Origin: Dictyostelium discoideum
Taxonomy: Eukaryota
Length of the DNA stretch: 64,000 bases
Direction: 5' to 3'
Assembly: GCA_000004695.1 (NCBI GenBank)
Contig: CM000152.2
Span: 2,912,001 to 2,976,000 of the forward strand
Positions 1 through 13,833 of this stretch are shown here, piece after piece; positions within the stretch are counted from its first letter, which is position 1, and each line of letters begins with the position of its first letter. A program made the translations under genes and the position numbers. The notes below the pieces were generated by a model, which worked only from the letters and a program-made list of their open reading frames with translations, had not been told where the DNA came from and did not search any database.

Positions 1-511
1 AAATCACAATCAACATTATCAATTAATAAAGCAAATACATCACCACCATCATCATCATCAAAATTATCAGCATCAATTTCAGCAAATGGTGGTACAACAC
101 TTACAGAATCAAATAGTTTAGAGAGTATTAATGATACTTCTAGTGATGGATCAGAGTTGAATAAATATTTAAATGATGATGATCATCAAACCAATGAAAA
201 TAATGATGAAGATGAAGAAGATGATGATGAAATTGAGGAAGAGGAAGAAATGCATGATAACTTTTTAAAGGAATTAGGTTTAGGTGACCGTGATACTATT
301 AATGCATTAAAAGAACAAGAAAGAAAAGAAATGGAATTATTAGCAGGTGGTAAAGCATTTAGAATCACTAGAAGTTTTGTTGGTGTTCAAAATAATACTA
401 GAGATAGATCAGCATCATTATTCGATCGTAATATTGGTGGTTCAAGTAATTTAATTGGTAGTGGTGTTGGTGGTACTAGAGTTGTATCATCAATGGTAAC
501 ACCATCACAGC

Positions 512-564
<53 letters not shown>

Positions 565-2731
565 GGAGGAGGTAATAGAATGATAACTCATAGTAAACCA
601 CCAGTTTCAAATAGTACTAAACCTTCTCCAACTATTAATACTACTAATAATAACACTACAACACCAACACCAACACCAACACCAACAAATCAACAACCAT
701 CATCATTATCAACATCACCAACTAAATCAGGAATTCAATCAGTACAAATGAAAACTCAAAGTGGTAGAGTTATAAATAATCCAAGAATATCAGTTATGAT
801 TCATCAACGTGCACCACCAAAAAAACCATTACCACCAACTCCACCAGTTAGAAAACCACCACCATCTGCAGCAATATCTGAAAATCCTGCAATTATAAAA
901 GCAACAATAACAATTCAAAGAGCATATAGACGTTATAAAGAATGTTTACCATTAATTAAATTAAGTAAGTTTTATTTTTATTATTATTATTATTAATTAT
1001 ATATATATATAAATATGTATATATAAATTTATTAATTTTTTTAATTTTTTTTTTAATTTTTTTAATTTTTTTTTATTTTAGAATTATTGTATAGATATAG
1101 ATGGAATATTGTTCAAGAAATTTATAATACAGAAAAAACTTATATATCAACATTGAAACAATTATCAACACATTTTATAGAACCATTAAGAAAGAGTTCA
1201 TTAATTAGTCAAGAAGATGTTAAATTTATATTTGGTGGTATTGATAGTATTAGTGCAATTAATAATACCCTAATGAATGATATTGAATCAGTATTGGATA
1301 AATGGACACCTTATTCAGTGTTGGGTAGTTGTTTTACAACGATGGGTGTTTATTTAAAAGCATACACTGATTATGTTAAAAACTTTGATTTTGGACTTCA
1401 ACGTATTTGTCAATGTGGAAAGGATTCAAAATTTACAGCATTCATTAAAGCGGCCGAAGAGAAAACTGTACCACGTTCAAGATTGGAATCATTATTAATC
1501 ACACCAGTTCAACGTATTCCAAGATATGTACTCTTATTACAAGATCTCTTAAAACATACTGAAGTATCTCATCCTGATTTCCCTCATTTAACAAAAGCTT
1601 TAGAATTGGTTAAAAATATTGCAATGTCAATTAATGATACAAAGAGACAATCTGATAATTCTTTAAAAGTTGTTGAAGTTCAAAATAAATTAATTGGAAA
1701 ATGTCCTGTAAGTAAATTTAAAAAAATTTTAAAAAATATTTTAAAAATTATTAAAATTTTAATATTAATATTAATATATATTTTACCAATAAGAATCTTG
1801 TTATTGCAGATAGAAGATATGTTTATGAAGGTTATATATTAGTTGGTGATGTTTCAAGTAAATCAAAAAGAGTCTACGTATTTTTATTTAATGATATTTT
1901 AATTTTCTCAAAACCAACAACAAACAAAATATTTAATAGTAAAACTAAATTTAAATTTTTAAAATGTGAAGATTTATTTCCAAGTCCAATGTTAACTGAT
2001 ATACCAAATAATCGTATGTTAATTTAATTTTCAAAAATTAATAACTTTATATTTATATTTATTTTCAAAATTCTAAAAATTTTATACTTTTTATTTTTTA
2101 TTTTTTTTTTTATTATTTAGCTTTATGGACAAATTGTTTTGAAATTATATTACAATCAGTTGAATTAAAATTTTTTGCAGAAACTCCAGAATCAAAAGTT
2201 GTATGGTTATCACAACTTCAAAAAGTTTTTAGTGATATTGGTACTCAACAAATTAAAAATGAAAGTAAGTAAAATAAAAATCATTATTTATTTATTATTA
2301 TTTTATTTAAATAATATTAATATATTTTTTTTTTTTATTTTAATTAGAATTAGTAAATTATAAAAAAGCAGAAGAAAAAGCAAATGATTTTAAAAAGTTT
2401 ATAGATTATCAATATACATCATTGAAATTAAAAGGTAAAACTGGAAGAGGTGCAACAATGTCATTAAATAATATGGAAGATGCCATTCCATCATCACCAA
2501 CACCACAACCTCAAACACAACCACAAAGTAATAATGAAGTTAGTGAGAATGGTAATGGATTAGATGTTCAAAATGAACAACCACAATTAATACAACAACA
2601 ATCATCACCATCATTATCAAATTCAGCATCATCAACTCCATCACCACAAAATCAATCACCACAATTACAATCTCAAACTGATCCACAATTAAGACAATAT
2701 CCAAATTTATGTAAGTTTATTTCATGAAAAG

Positions 2732-2792
<61 letters not shown>

Positions 2793-3408
2793 GAAAAAGG
2801 TGGAAAAAGGTGGAAAACTAATAATAATAATTGTTTTATTAATAGTGAGACAAACAACATTCCATAAAATGTCTTATCAAACTAGAATGGAAGCAATTAA
2901 AGATGCAGAAGAACAAACTAATATATTAAAACAAGAAGAACAAACCAAACAAGAATTATTGAAACAAGAAGAACAAACCAAACAAGATTTATTAACAAAA
3001 CAAACCAATGAAGAGAATAAGAAAACTCATAAGGATCAATTAAATGAAATTTATAAATCTGGTACTGGTAGTGGTATGGTAGGAACTGTTGGAAGATCAT
3101 TCTTTAAACCAGCCAATAATGGCGGTATTGCTGGTGGTGAAAATGTTGAACCTTCAAACGAACAAAAATATGAAACCTTGAAAGGAACTAAAGCAACCAC
3201 TAGCGCACCTTCATTAAATAAAATATTTTCAATAGTATCATCAACTTCAAAAGAAAAAGAAAAAGAAAAGGAAAAAGAAAAGGAGAAAGAAAAAGAAAAA
3301 GAGAGAGAAAGAAAACAAACAATGCAAAAATCTTCTCTAAATTTAAAAGCTTTAAATTCTGAATTATCTTCTTTAAATAATAATAATAATAATATTATTA
3401 AAAAATAA
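1..3408 (+). CDS. RhoGEF: IQ motif, Dbl-homology (DH) domain, PH domain and a Gln/Glu/Lys-rich tail. The 5' end lies outside the window. Exons about 1..964, 1082..1707, 1794..2013, 2121..2264, 2348..2710, 2846..3408
   Basis: The frame is open from nt 1. IQ-like IQRAYRRYK precedes a GTAAGT donor at 965. DH hallmarks are EKTYISTLKQL and LLITPVQRIPRYVLLLQDLLKHT. The next exon, read via an AAG acceptor at 1793, gives RRYVYEGYILVGDVSSKSKRVYVFLFNDILIFSKP, which is PH-like. Further GTAAGT/GTATGT donors sit at 2014, 2265 and 2711. The track ORF 1087..1842 runs into intron 2, and its terminal stop is an artefact of that. Confidence 0.8.
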
Positions 3409-3616
3409 TAATAATAATAATAATAATAATAATTATATATATATATAAAATCAAGAATGATAAAGATGTAAAATTTAAACAAATAAAAAAAAAAAAAAAA
3501 CAATCTGTACTACTACAAATTTAAATACCTTTTTTTTTTTTTTTTTTTTTTATTTGTTTAAAAAAAAAAAAAACTAAAGTTCGTACATTTATTGTGTTTA
3601 TTTCTTTTTATGATTA

Positions 3617-3722
<106 letters not shown>

Positions 3723-3767
3723 TGTGTTAAACATGATTATTGAGTTTGTTAAAATCTCTATTTAAAT

Positions 3768-4535
3768 TTTATTCATGCATGGAATCATCTTCACTTTCAT
3801 TATTATTGGTTGATGTCGTGGTTGTGGTAGTTGTTGTGTTTTGATCATCAATATTATCATCATCTTCCTCACTATTTTGCTGTTGTTGTTCCATTTCTCT
3901 TTTAAGTTCTTTATCTTTTTCATAAGAATCATCATCGGTTTTTAATTCAAATCTACAAACTGGACAACTATTATGCTTTTTTTTTTTATAGAAAATGAAG
4001 GGAATGTGTTAGTATTTATTTTTTTATTTTTTTTATTTTTTATTTTTTTTTTAATAATTACTTGTTCTAACCAAGGTAATATACACTCAGGATGATATAA
4101 ATGTTGACATGGTAGTTCTATATAATCATCACCCCATTTGAATTCATCTTTACAGACTGCACAATCAACTTTTTGATCAACGATTGTTTGATCAACTCTA
4201 TCTCTTTTTAATTTTTCAATTTCTTCTTTAGATGCAGGTGGTGTACCTTTTTTTTTGCTTGCTTGAAACATTCTATTTAAAAAACCTTGCCAGTCACCCC
4301 CTTGAAAATAATCATTTGGGTTACCGACATAACCTCTGGCGCCACCGCCACCACCACCACCCATAACACCAAATCCACCCATTGAGGGTACTCCACCTAA
4401 TAATTGTGATATATTAAATAAAACTTGATCAATTTCTACTGCTTGTGGCATTTGTAAACCAAAATCAAAATCATCCTCACTACTATCATTATTTTCAACA
4501 TCACTACTGGTACTACTACTTCTGGTTCTTTGTCG

Positions 4536-4585
<50 letters not shown>

Positions 4586-5228
4586 GCTGTTGTTGTTGTT
4601 GTTGCTGTTGCTGTTGTTGTCTACGTTGTCTTGGAGCACCAAAAACATTTGTTCTAGCACCACTGGTGTTAGATGATGAAACTTGAGGGAATAATGAGGA
4701 GAGGAATAATAAAGGATCCATATTAAATTCATTATTACTAACACGAGTTCGTGAAAATGGATTACTATTTGCTGATGTATTATTGTTATTATTGTTGCTA
4801 TTATTATTGTTGTTGTTTGAAGTATTCATATTTTGTAAGAAAGAATATGGTGATGTTGGTCTGTTTGATTCTTCTGCTTCTTCTAAAAACTCTGATGCGC
4901 AATCAGGGCAAATAATTTCTTCAGGATCTGATAATCTGACATATTTTTTACATTGGTGACACCAATATTGTGGTTGTCTTATATTTGTATTTGTATTTGT
5001 ATTTATATTTGTATTTGTTGCTGTATTTGTTGTTGTTGTTGTTGTTGGTGGAGGTGTTGTGGTGGCAGTTGTGGTTGTTGATGGTGTTGTTGTGGTTGTT
5101 GATGGTGTTGTGGTTGTTGATGGTGTTGTGGTTGTTGTTGATGGTGTTGTGGTTGTTGTTGATGGTGTTGTCGTTACTGCCGTATTAATTGATTCATTAT
5201 TTGCTGTATTGTTTTCATTGTCTGCCAT
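3768..5228 (-). CDS. RING-H2 E3 ubiquitin ligase with an N-terminal BCA2-type zinc ribbon (RNF126/RNF115-like). Exons 4062..5228 and 3768..3975
   Basis: The N-terminal WCHQCKKYVRLSDPEEIICPDCASEFLEE matches the BCA2 zinc finger. The RING is split by an 80-nt intron: CAVCKDEFKWGDDYIELPCQHLYHPECILPWLEQ, then a GTAATT donor, then HNSCPVCRFEL. It contains poly-Thr/Pro and poly-Gln tracts. Stop TAA at 3768-3770 (reverse complement). Confidence 0.8.
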
Positions 5229-5995
5229 TTATTATATGTATATATATATACTAAAGTACAAAATTATATTAAAGGAAGAAAAAAAAAAAAAAAAAAATAA
5301 AAATGAAATTAAAAAAAAATAAAAAATAAAAAATAAAAAGTGAATTAAAAAAATAAAATTAAAAAAAAAAAAAAAAAATGGATTGGCAATGCGAGTGATT
5401 TTTTATATTTTTTTTTAAATTTAATTTTTTTTTTTTTTTTTTCTTTTTTTTTTTTTTAATTTTTTTTTTTTTCCAAATTTGGTGGTAAAAATTTTTTGTT
5501 AATATTTTTTCCCTTACGACATAGATATTATAATATGACATTATAATTTTCACATTTTTTATTTTTTTTTATTTTTTTTATTTTTTTTTATTTTTAAAGA
5601 TTATAATATTCAAAAAAATAAAAAAAAAAAAAAAAAATTAATTTTTTTAATTTTATTACCATTAAATTTATTATCAATTACAAAAAAAAAAAAAAAAAAT
5701 TCCAAATTTATATATTGGTTTATAATTGTATACCTTTTTTTTACATTTTATATATTATTTTTTTTATTTTTTTTTTATTTAAAATTATTATTTTTTTATT
5801 TTTTTTATTTTAAATTACTAAAATCAATAAATATCAAAATAATAAAATCGTTCATAATCAGTCTTTATTTGATTAATTGATAAAAAATAAAACATTACCA
5901 TTAATAAAAAAATAAAAAATAATTTAAAATAAAAAATTAAAAATTTAACATTAAAAATTAAAATTTATTTTTAAAAAAAAAAAAAAAATTAAATA

Positions 5996-7019
<1,024 letters not shown>

Positions 7020-7107
7020 ATAAAAATAAAAAAAATAAATAAATTAAATGTAGAAAATTTTATATAAAAAAAAAAAAACACAAAGTTATTATTTCTTTTT
7101 ATTTATT

Positions 7108-7156
<49 letters not shown>

Positions 7157-7336
7157 AAATATTTACAAGTATATATTTTTATTATTATTGTTGTTATTAA
7201 TTATTATTATTATTATTTTAATTATTATGTTGATTATATATATAAGAGGATAAATATATTGAATGAAAAAGTTCGTGTTTGGAATATGCTATTTAAGTCT
7301 ACAATTTGCGTGAAATGAATGAAGATGGGTAGTTGT

Positions 7337-8234
7337 TTAAAGATCATCAATAGGGAATTTTTCATTGTTGTCATTATCATCATTATCAGAAGAGTCAGAG
7401 TATGATGAAAGATCACTTTCTGATTCACTTTCATCATTTTCAGAATTATCTGATGCATATTTATTAACAAATTCTTTTACTTTTATCTTATATTTTTCAG
7501 GTTCCTTTAAAAGCATCGATGCAGCTTCACCATTTAATGGGTCAGTTGGATTTGGGTATAAAAGTAATTGTGGTAAAAAGATTTCAAAAATATTTATAAG
7601 GTCTATATAAAAGAATTTTTATAAAAAAAAAAAAAAAATTAAAGTTAGTATATTAAAATCTAAAATTAAAATATTATTAGTATAAATAAAATTAACATAC
7701 CAAACATTGGACTCCAAGTTTGATTAATAACATCTAAACAAACTGAACCAGAACTAAATTTTTAAAATAGAAAAAAAAAGAAAAAAAAAAAAAAAGTTAA
7801 TATAAAATGAAAAATAGTTTTTTTTTTTTTAAAATAATAAATACTACATACGCTAAATCGACATTTGGATGATAAATTTTATTTGTGAAACCAATTGAAG
7901 GTGATTTATATGGATAGGCTGGAGGTAATTCAACTCTAACCTTCCAACAACCACCAAAATAAGGACTATCACTTGGTCCTTTAAATTTTACAAAAAATTG
8001 TGCCATAGAATCGCCATCCATGGTAACTTCATAATCACTCATCATTCTAGTAAATAATTTAAAATAAAAATAGTTAATAAATGTGAATAAATTTTTAATT
8101 AATTTTATTTTACTTTATTTTATTTTATTTTATTTTGTTTTGCTTTGCTTTGTTTTTTTATTTTTTATTTTTATAATTTTAAATACATACAATTTGGTGA
8201 GATCCAAGTCTCTTCTTCTATTTGGTGATGACAT
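7337..8234 (-). CDS. Ubiquitin-conjugating enzyme E2, UBE2H-like. Four exons: 8191..8234, 7852..8046, 7701..7753, 7337..7602
   Basis: [14 protein letters not shown], then GTATGT, then [65 protein letters not shown], then [18 protein letters not shown], then [29 protein letters not shown], ending in an acidic tail. This matches the UBE2H-type E2 layout, although the HPN-containing exon reads through to Leu where the active-site Cys of an E2 would be expected. Each splice site is a canonical GT..AG. Confidence 0.85.
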
Positions 8235-8469
8235 TATTAAGTATTGTTTCAAAGACACTTAAAGATAGTATTGTTTTTATTATTTTACTTTTATTATTTA
8301 ATTGGTTTTTATTATTTATTTATTATTTAATTGATATTATAAGAGTATTTGAATTATATATGCAAATTTGATTGAATGAATTATGTTTTTAAAATATTTA
8401 GAGAAAAAAAAAAAAAAAAAAAAAAAATTAATGAAAGAGCTATTATATATGAAATTTAATGTTATTACT

Positions 8470-8555
8470 ATGTGTAGCTAACGTGTGTGTGTATGTGTGT
8501 GAGTGTTGCTGTTGTTAGGGTTGGTTGCTTCTGGGAGCGAGAGTTTGAAACAATA
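8470..8555. promoter_or_regulatory. GT-rich island (gtgtgtgtgtatgtgtgtgagtg...) in the AT-rich region 5' of the E2 gene; candidate G-box-type cis element
   Basis: Sharp local excess of G+T about 240 bp upstream of the minus-strand E2 ATG. Confidence 0.2.
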
Positions 8556-8934
8556 AAATAAAAAAAAATAAAAAAAAATAAAAAAAAAATTAAATTAAAA
8601 TATATTTTAAAAAAAAAAAAAGAAAAAAAAAAAAATAAAAAAAAAAAAAAATTTAAAATAAAAAAAAATTAAAATAAATTAAAATAAAAAAAAAAAAAAA
8701 AAATCAAAATATTATTTTTTTAATATATATAATGGCCATTATTCATATTAAATCTTAATATAAATTGTATTAATCCTATTTTTTTTTTTAATGGGATTCT
8801 GAAATTGGGTTATTATTAATTTTGAAACAAAATAATTTTATTTTTAATTTTAAAACAAAATAATTTTATTTAAACAATTTTTAATATATTTTTTTTTTTT
8901 TTTACAATTATAATTGGAAATGATTGGTCATCAA

Positions 8935-8970
<36 letters not shown>

Positions 8971-9031
8971 GATTAATTCTTTTTTTTTTTTTTTTTTTTT
9001 TTTATATGAAAAAAAAAAAAAATTAATTAAA

Positions 9032-9862
9032 TTAATCCTTTAGATTAACTAATTGCCATCTACCATCAATTTTATTGAAATGGACTGGTTTCCATTCATC
9101 AGCATTTTTTCTATGATGAGCTAATTTTCTTTGTTCTTCTTCAACTTTAACTTTTTCTTGGGACATACCTTTGACATCATCTTTTTTGGAAGCATCGAAA
9201 ACACCTTTCCAAACTACAGATGAATCAGTTGGAAGAGTATTGCCATCATCTGGGAAAACAACTTTAGCTGATTCTGTTGGTCTAGTGAAGAATGGGGTAG
9301 TTTCATTGGTTTTCAAATTTGTAATTTTCATATCACCACTCCAAGTTCCTTTAATTTTGTATAGTTTCTCTTTACCTTTATAAACCTTGGATTCAAAACC
9401 ATTGTAAACTCCACCAAATAATGGTTTTGAAGTGTAGGTACTCTTTATTAGATAATCATTCTTGTCACTCTTTAGTATACCTTTACCAACATACTCTGAG
9501 AAGGATCTAAAAATTCTGATTGCCATTGGTGGTGCTACAAATGTAAACTTTTCATCATACTTTTCAAAGGTTATATGACTTTCACCTTCAAATGAAATCT
9601 TTACATAGGTACCCATGAATTGTGATCTTACAGGTAAACAGAATGTACAATTAACACCCTCCTTCTTATTGTAAACTGTTGAACTTGAAATTGGTGGATG
9701 ATGTGAAATTTGTTCAGCAAAGAAATAATTATCTGTAACATCATTACCATCACCATCTTTTACATGAATATTTGCTTGCCATGTTTCTCCTAATATTGGA
9801 TTTAATGGTTTTCTAGTTGTCTAATAAATTTTTTAAAAAATAAAAAAATAATAAAAATTAAG

Positions 9863-9924
<62 letters not shown>

Positions 9925-10177
9925 ATTAATATTATTTTAACTATTATTTATATATTTTTATAAAATTAATTTTTAAAATAATTACATCTTCTGTTTCTTT
10001 TAAAGTAGTAAATAAGTATCTTTGAACTTGTAACATTCTTTCTAATTCATTATCAATTTTATTTGCCCTAAAAATGAAAAAAATAAAAAAAAATAAAAAA
10101 ATAAAAAATTAAATATTAATATTTTTAGTAAAATTTAATTTAATTAATTTTATAAAAAGGAAATTTCCTTTTTTTAT

Positions 10178-10228
<51 letters not shown>

Positions 10229-10532
10229 ATTACTTTAATAATTCTCCAAAGAATGAAGAAAAATTATCAGAAAAATAACTTAGAGTTGATTTGGCAAGGA
10301 TAAAAGAACCAGGCATTGAAATATTTGAAATATCAGTACCGATACTAACTTTTTTAATCATTTTACCAATTAGAGCAAGTCTTGATGTTCCAGGTTCAGC
10401 ATCATCCATTGCATCAAGATCTTCTTTTGTTAATTGTGGAGCTGGTTTATTTGCATTTTCAGCTGCCAATTTTTCAATTTCAGCTTCATCAACTTCTTCT
10501 TCAACTGATACATTTTTATCTTTTTTACCCAT
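9032..10532 (-). CDS. Oxysterol-binding protein (OSBP/ORP) family member, short form. Exons 10234..10532, 9986..10067, 9032..9830
   Basis: Contains the OSBP fingerprint EQISHHPP in NYFFAEQISHHPPISS, found upstream of the track ORF start inside the same exon. Donors GTAATT at 10233 and 9985; acceptors ctag and ttag. Confidence 0.85.
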
Positions 10533-10856
10533 TTTTTTTTTAAAATAAAGTGATTTATTTTAATTTCTTTTATATATATATATATATTATTTATTTAATA
10601 GTATTAAAATTATTTTATTTTATTTTATTTTAATAATAAGAAAAAAAACTTTTTATTTATATGTGGAATTATTTTTTTTTTTTTTTATATGAATTTTTTT
10701 TTTTTTTTTTTTTAAATTTGTTAATTATTTTTATATTGTGGATAGATTTATATGAATATATGTTTTTGATGTTATTCTTTTAATTTTATTAATGAATATG
10801 ATTATTTATATTTACAAATTTAACAAAAAAAAAAAAAAAAAAAAAAAATAAATAAA

Positions 10857-10887
<31 letters not shown>

Positions 10888-11709
10888 GATAAAAATAAAA
10901 AAATATAAAAAAAAAAAATTAAACTGTCAGTGGTTATATTTATATTGATATGGGTATTTTAATGAGTATTATCATTTTTTTTTTTATTTTTTATTTATTT
11001 TTTTTTTTTTTTTTTGCCTTGTGGTGAGTGGGGGTAGTAATATCAACTTTATTTATCCAGATAGTAGGTAAAAAAAAAAAAAAAAAAAAAAAAATCATTT
11101 TTTTTTATTGCAATTCAACAAATGTGTTTTTCTGTTTTTTTAAAAAAAATTATTAACATATTTAGAATTATAAAATGGTTTCTATATAGTAATAATATTA
11201 TATATTAAAAAAATTTTTTTAAATTCAATACTTACACATTAAGTTATTCTTAAAAAATAAAAAAAATATAAAATTAAAAACAAAAAAACAAAAAAAAAAT
11301 AATTAATATTTAAAATATGACAACAACATTCGATTTAAATCGAAATCATAATATAATCAAGTTTCTCTATGAAGTGATTTAGTTTAATTTATACAATGGA
11401 AAAAAACACCAATAAATAAACAATTTTTTTTTTTCCAGACTACCCCATTTACCTGTGTAGAACAAACAAAAGAAACTAAATAGAATAAAATTTAGGGGTA
11501 ACCGCTAAAAAAAAAAACACAAATTGTTTGAAAAAAATAAAAAAAAAAAAAAGTTTGTTGCCAATTTTTATTTTTAGAAATACACTATATTTGGATTATT
11601 TTTATTTTTATTTTTATTTTATTTTATTTTTTTTTTTTCTTTTTTTATTTTTGTGATTATTATTATTTTTTTTTTATTTTTTATTTTTTTATTTTTAATT
11701 TATTTTATT

Positions 11710-13013
11710 TTATCTTGAATCTTTTAAATTTTCTAAAATTACTCTTTTTAAAGAATTAAATTTAGTTTCTAATTCTAAAGAGATTTGATATTTTGATTGA
11801 TTAACATTTTCAATAAAGAGTAATTGATGTTGTAATGTTATAGAATGAGCTAAAGATTTAATGATGGATAATTGTTGTTGTTGTTTAATTTCATGATGAT
11901 GAGTAAAGATTAATTCAATGTAAGCGTTAAAGTATTGAGGGAACATTTGAAGAGTATTGGATTTAATTTGATCCAATTTCTCAATGTAAAGAGAGACAGA
12001 TTTTAGAATGATCGATACAAACTCTTGAACGATCAAAAGATGAGGTTTAAAAGCTTCGAAATGGGATTGAATCGAGCAATAGTCGTGATTAACTCTTGAT
12101 AGATTTTGATTTGAAATTTCGATTTTTCTAGAACAATTCTCTATCTGGTTGATTAGACACCACTGATCAAATTGTTTTTTCAATAGGATTTGCTCGTCGG
12201 TAGTTTCCAAAGTGACAGAATTCAAATGGTTCAATTGTTTCTCTAATTTGGTTTTCTCAGTTTCCAATTTATCAAATTCTTTCTTTGCTCTAAATAGCTT
12301 CTCTTCAGTTTCAGTCATTGATTTCTCTAATAGGTCAAACCACCATTTAAAGTATGACTGAATTTGTTGAGAATATAGCTGAATCAATGGTTGCACCTGT
12401 TTCCAATATTTTATTGACTCATCAACGTATAGAAGATCGGTTATTACAGATTCGACATTTTCATTCAACTGTTTTGCTTTATCAATGAATTGTGAGCATT
12501 GATTGATCTCTTTGATCATTACCAATTGTTGTTGTATGAATTCATCAAGATTCGATCTAACTGTACGTACCAACTTTATAGTGGTCAATAGTCTAATGAA
12601 TAAATCATTATTTGTATCCAATTCAAATATTGATGGTAAAACTTTCATAATACTACCAATTGGTAAAACTGGTGATAAAATTAATGCTAAAACTTTTTCA
12701 TACAATTTAGTTGTTTCAATTAAATTACCTGATGAATTTGAAAATGTTAATGCTGGGCTTGAATTTGAACCAATTAAACTTGGTGAGTTATTTGAATTAT
12801 TATTATTACTACTACTGCCACTATTTGCAAATTGTCTTTGAATTGACTGAATTGCACCACCACTTGTATTTAATAAATTATTAACACTTGAATCTCTTGA
12901 ACTTGGTGTACCACCACTAAATGATAATGAATATCCTGATCTATTTACAATTGTTGGTGATAAATTTGGTGAACTTGATAATGATGACCCACTACTACTA
13001 CTACTATTACTAC

Positions 13014-13065
<52 letters not shown>

Positions 13066-13801
13066 GTTTATATTATTTCCGTCTTTGCTTGAACTTAAAA
13101 AATTTGGTGAAAAAAGTGCGTTTGATGATAAAGATAATGAATTTGCTATATTTCCAGTTGACAAACTGTTACGCTGTGATGGTGATGGTGATGATGTTAA
13201 CGATGATGGTGTTGATTGTTGTTGTTGTGATGATGATAATGTTGATGGTGATAATGTTGTCGGTGATATATTAGTATTATTAGTATTATTATTATTACTA
13301 TTATTTATATTATTATTATTATTATTATTTTCTTTTTGATTATTTTGATTATTTTGATTATTTTTAATTTCTAATGTACATTCAACTATAGAGTTTATAA
13401 TTGTTTTTATAATTTCAGGTTTAAATAAAGAATTATTTGCAGTTTCACGTTCTTTTGTAACTCTTATCCAATGATCTATTATATAAGGTATACGAGAACC
13501 ACGTAAACATTGTTGAGCTTGATCAATGATGATTAAATCCTCCATTAATGGATACTGTTTCATTATTGTTGGTAATAATCTAATCATATCTTCAACGATT
13601 TCATCATTACCAATTTCACCACGTGTTAAAATATTTGGTGCAAATACTATCGCTAAATTCTTTTCACCCATTGCATTCTGTTTTTGATATTTAATTTGAC
13701 TATATGAAATCTCTTGTAAAAATGATAATAAATAAATTAACAATTGTCTATTTTCTAATGGTAATTTTTCAATCCATTCTAAAATTAAATTTTCAATTTT
13801 A

Positions 13802-13833
<32 letters not shown>

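Noticed and set aside
1087-1842. C-terminal end ...LPIRILLLQIEDMFMKVIY-stop of track ORF 1087..1842
   Set aside because: This is read-through of intron 2 (donor GTAAGT at 1708, acceptor AAG at 1793). The real exon 3 is in another frame and encodes the PH domain.
3051-3503. Track ORF 3051..3503 (-) and similar ORFs at 4436..4744, 4445..4657, 4970..5188, 5059..5322, 5359..5553, 12921..13274, 13064..13339, 17179..17499, 31496..31726, 32839..33069, 35095..35673, 37497..37937, 37928..38266, 44822..45145, 44926..45111, 61456..61749 and 61553..61801
   Set aside because: These are shadow ORFs: antisense or off-frame readings of codon repeats (poly-N read as poly-I/Y/L, poly-Q read as poly-L/V), or A/T homopolymers read as poly-K/F. 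The composition is implausible, and each overlaps a well-supported gene on the other strand or frame.
9171-9383. Plus-strand ORFs antisense to the OSBP gene (9171..9383), the RCC1-GAP gene (12503..12841), the carboxypeptidase gene (26277..26480, 27674..27931), the FNIP gene (47859..48128) and the EGF gene (51543..51862 set)
   Set aside because: Each lies entirely within an exon of a well-supported gene on the opposite strand. The sizes are ordinary for chance antisense ORFs.
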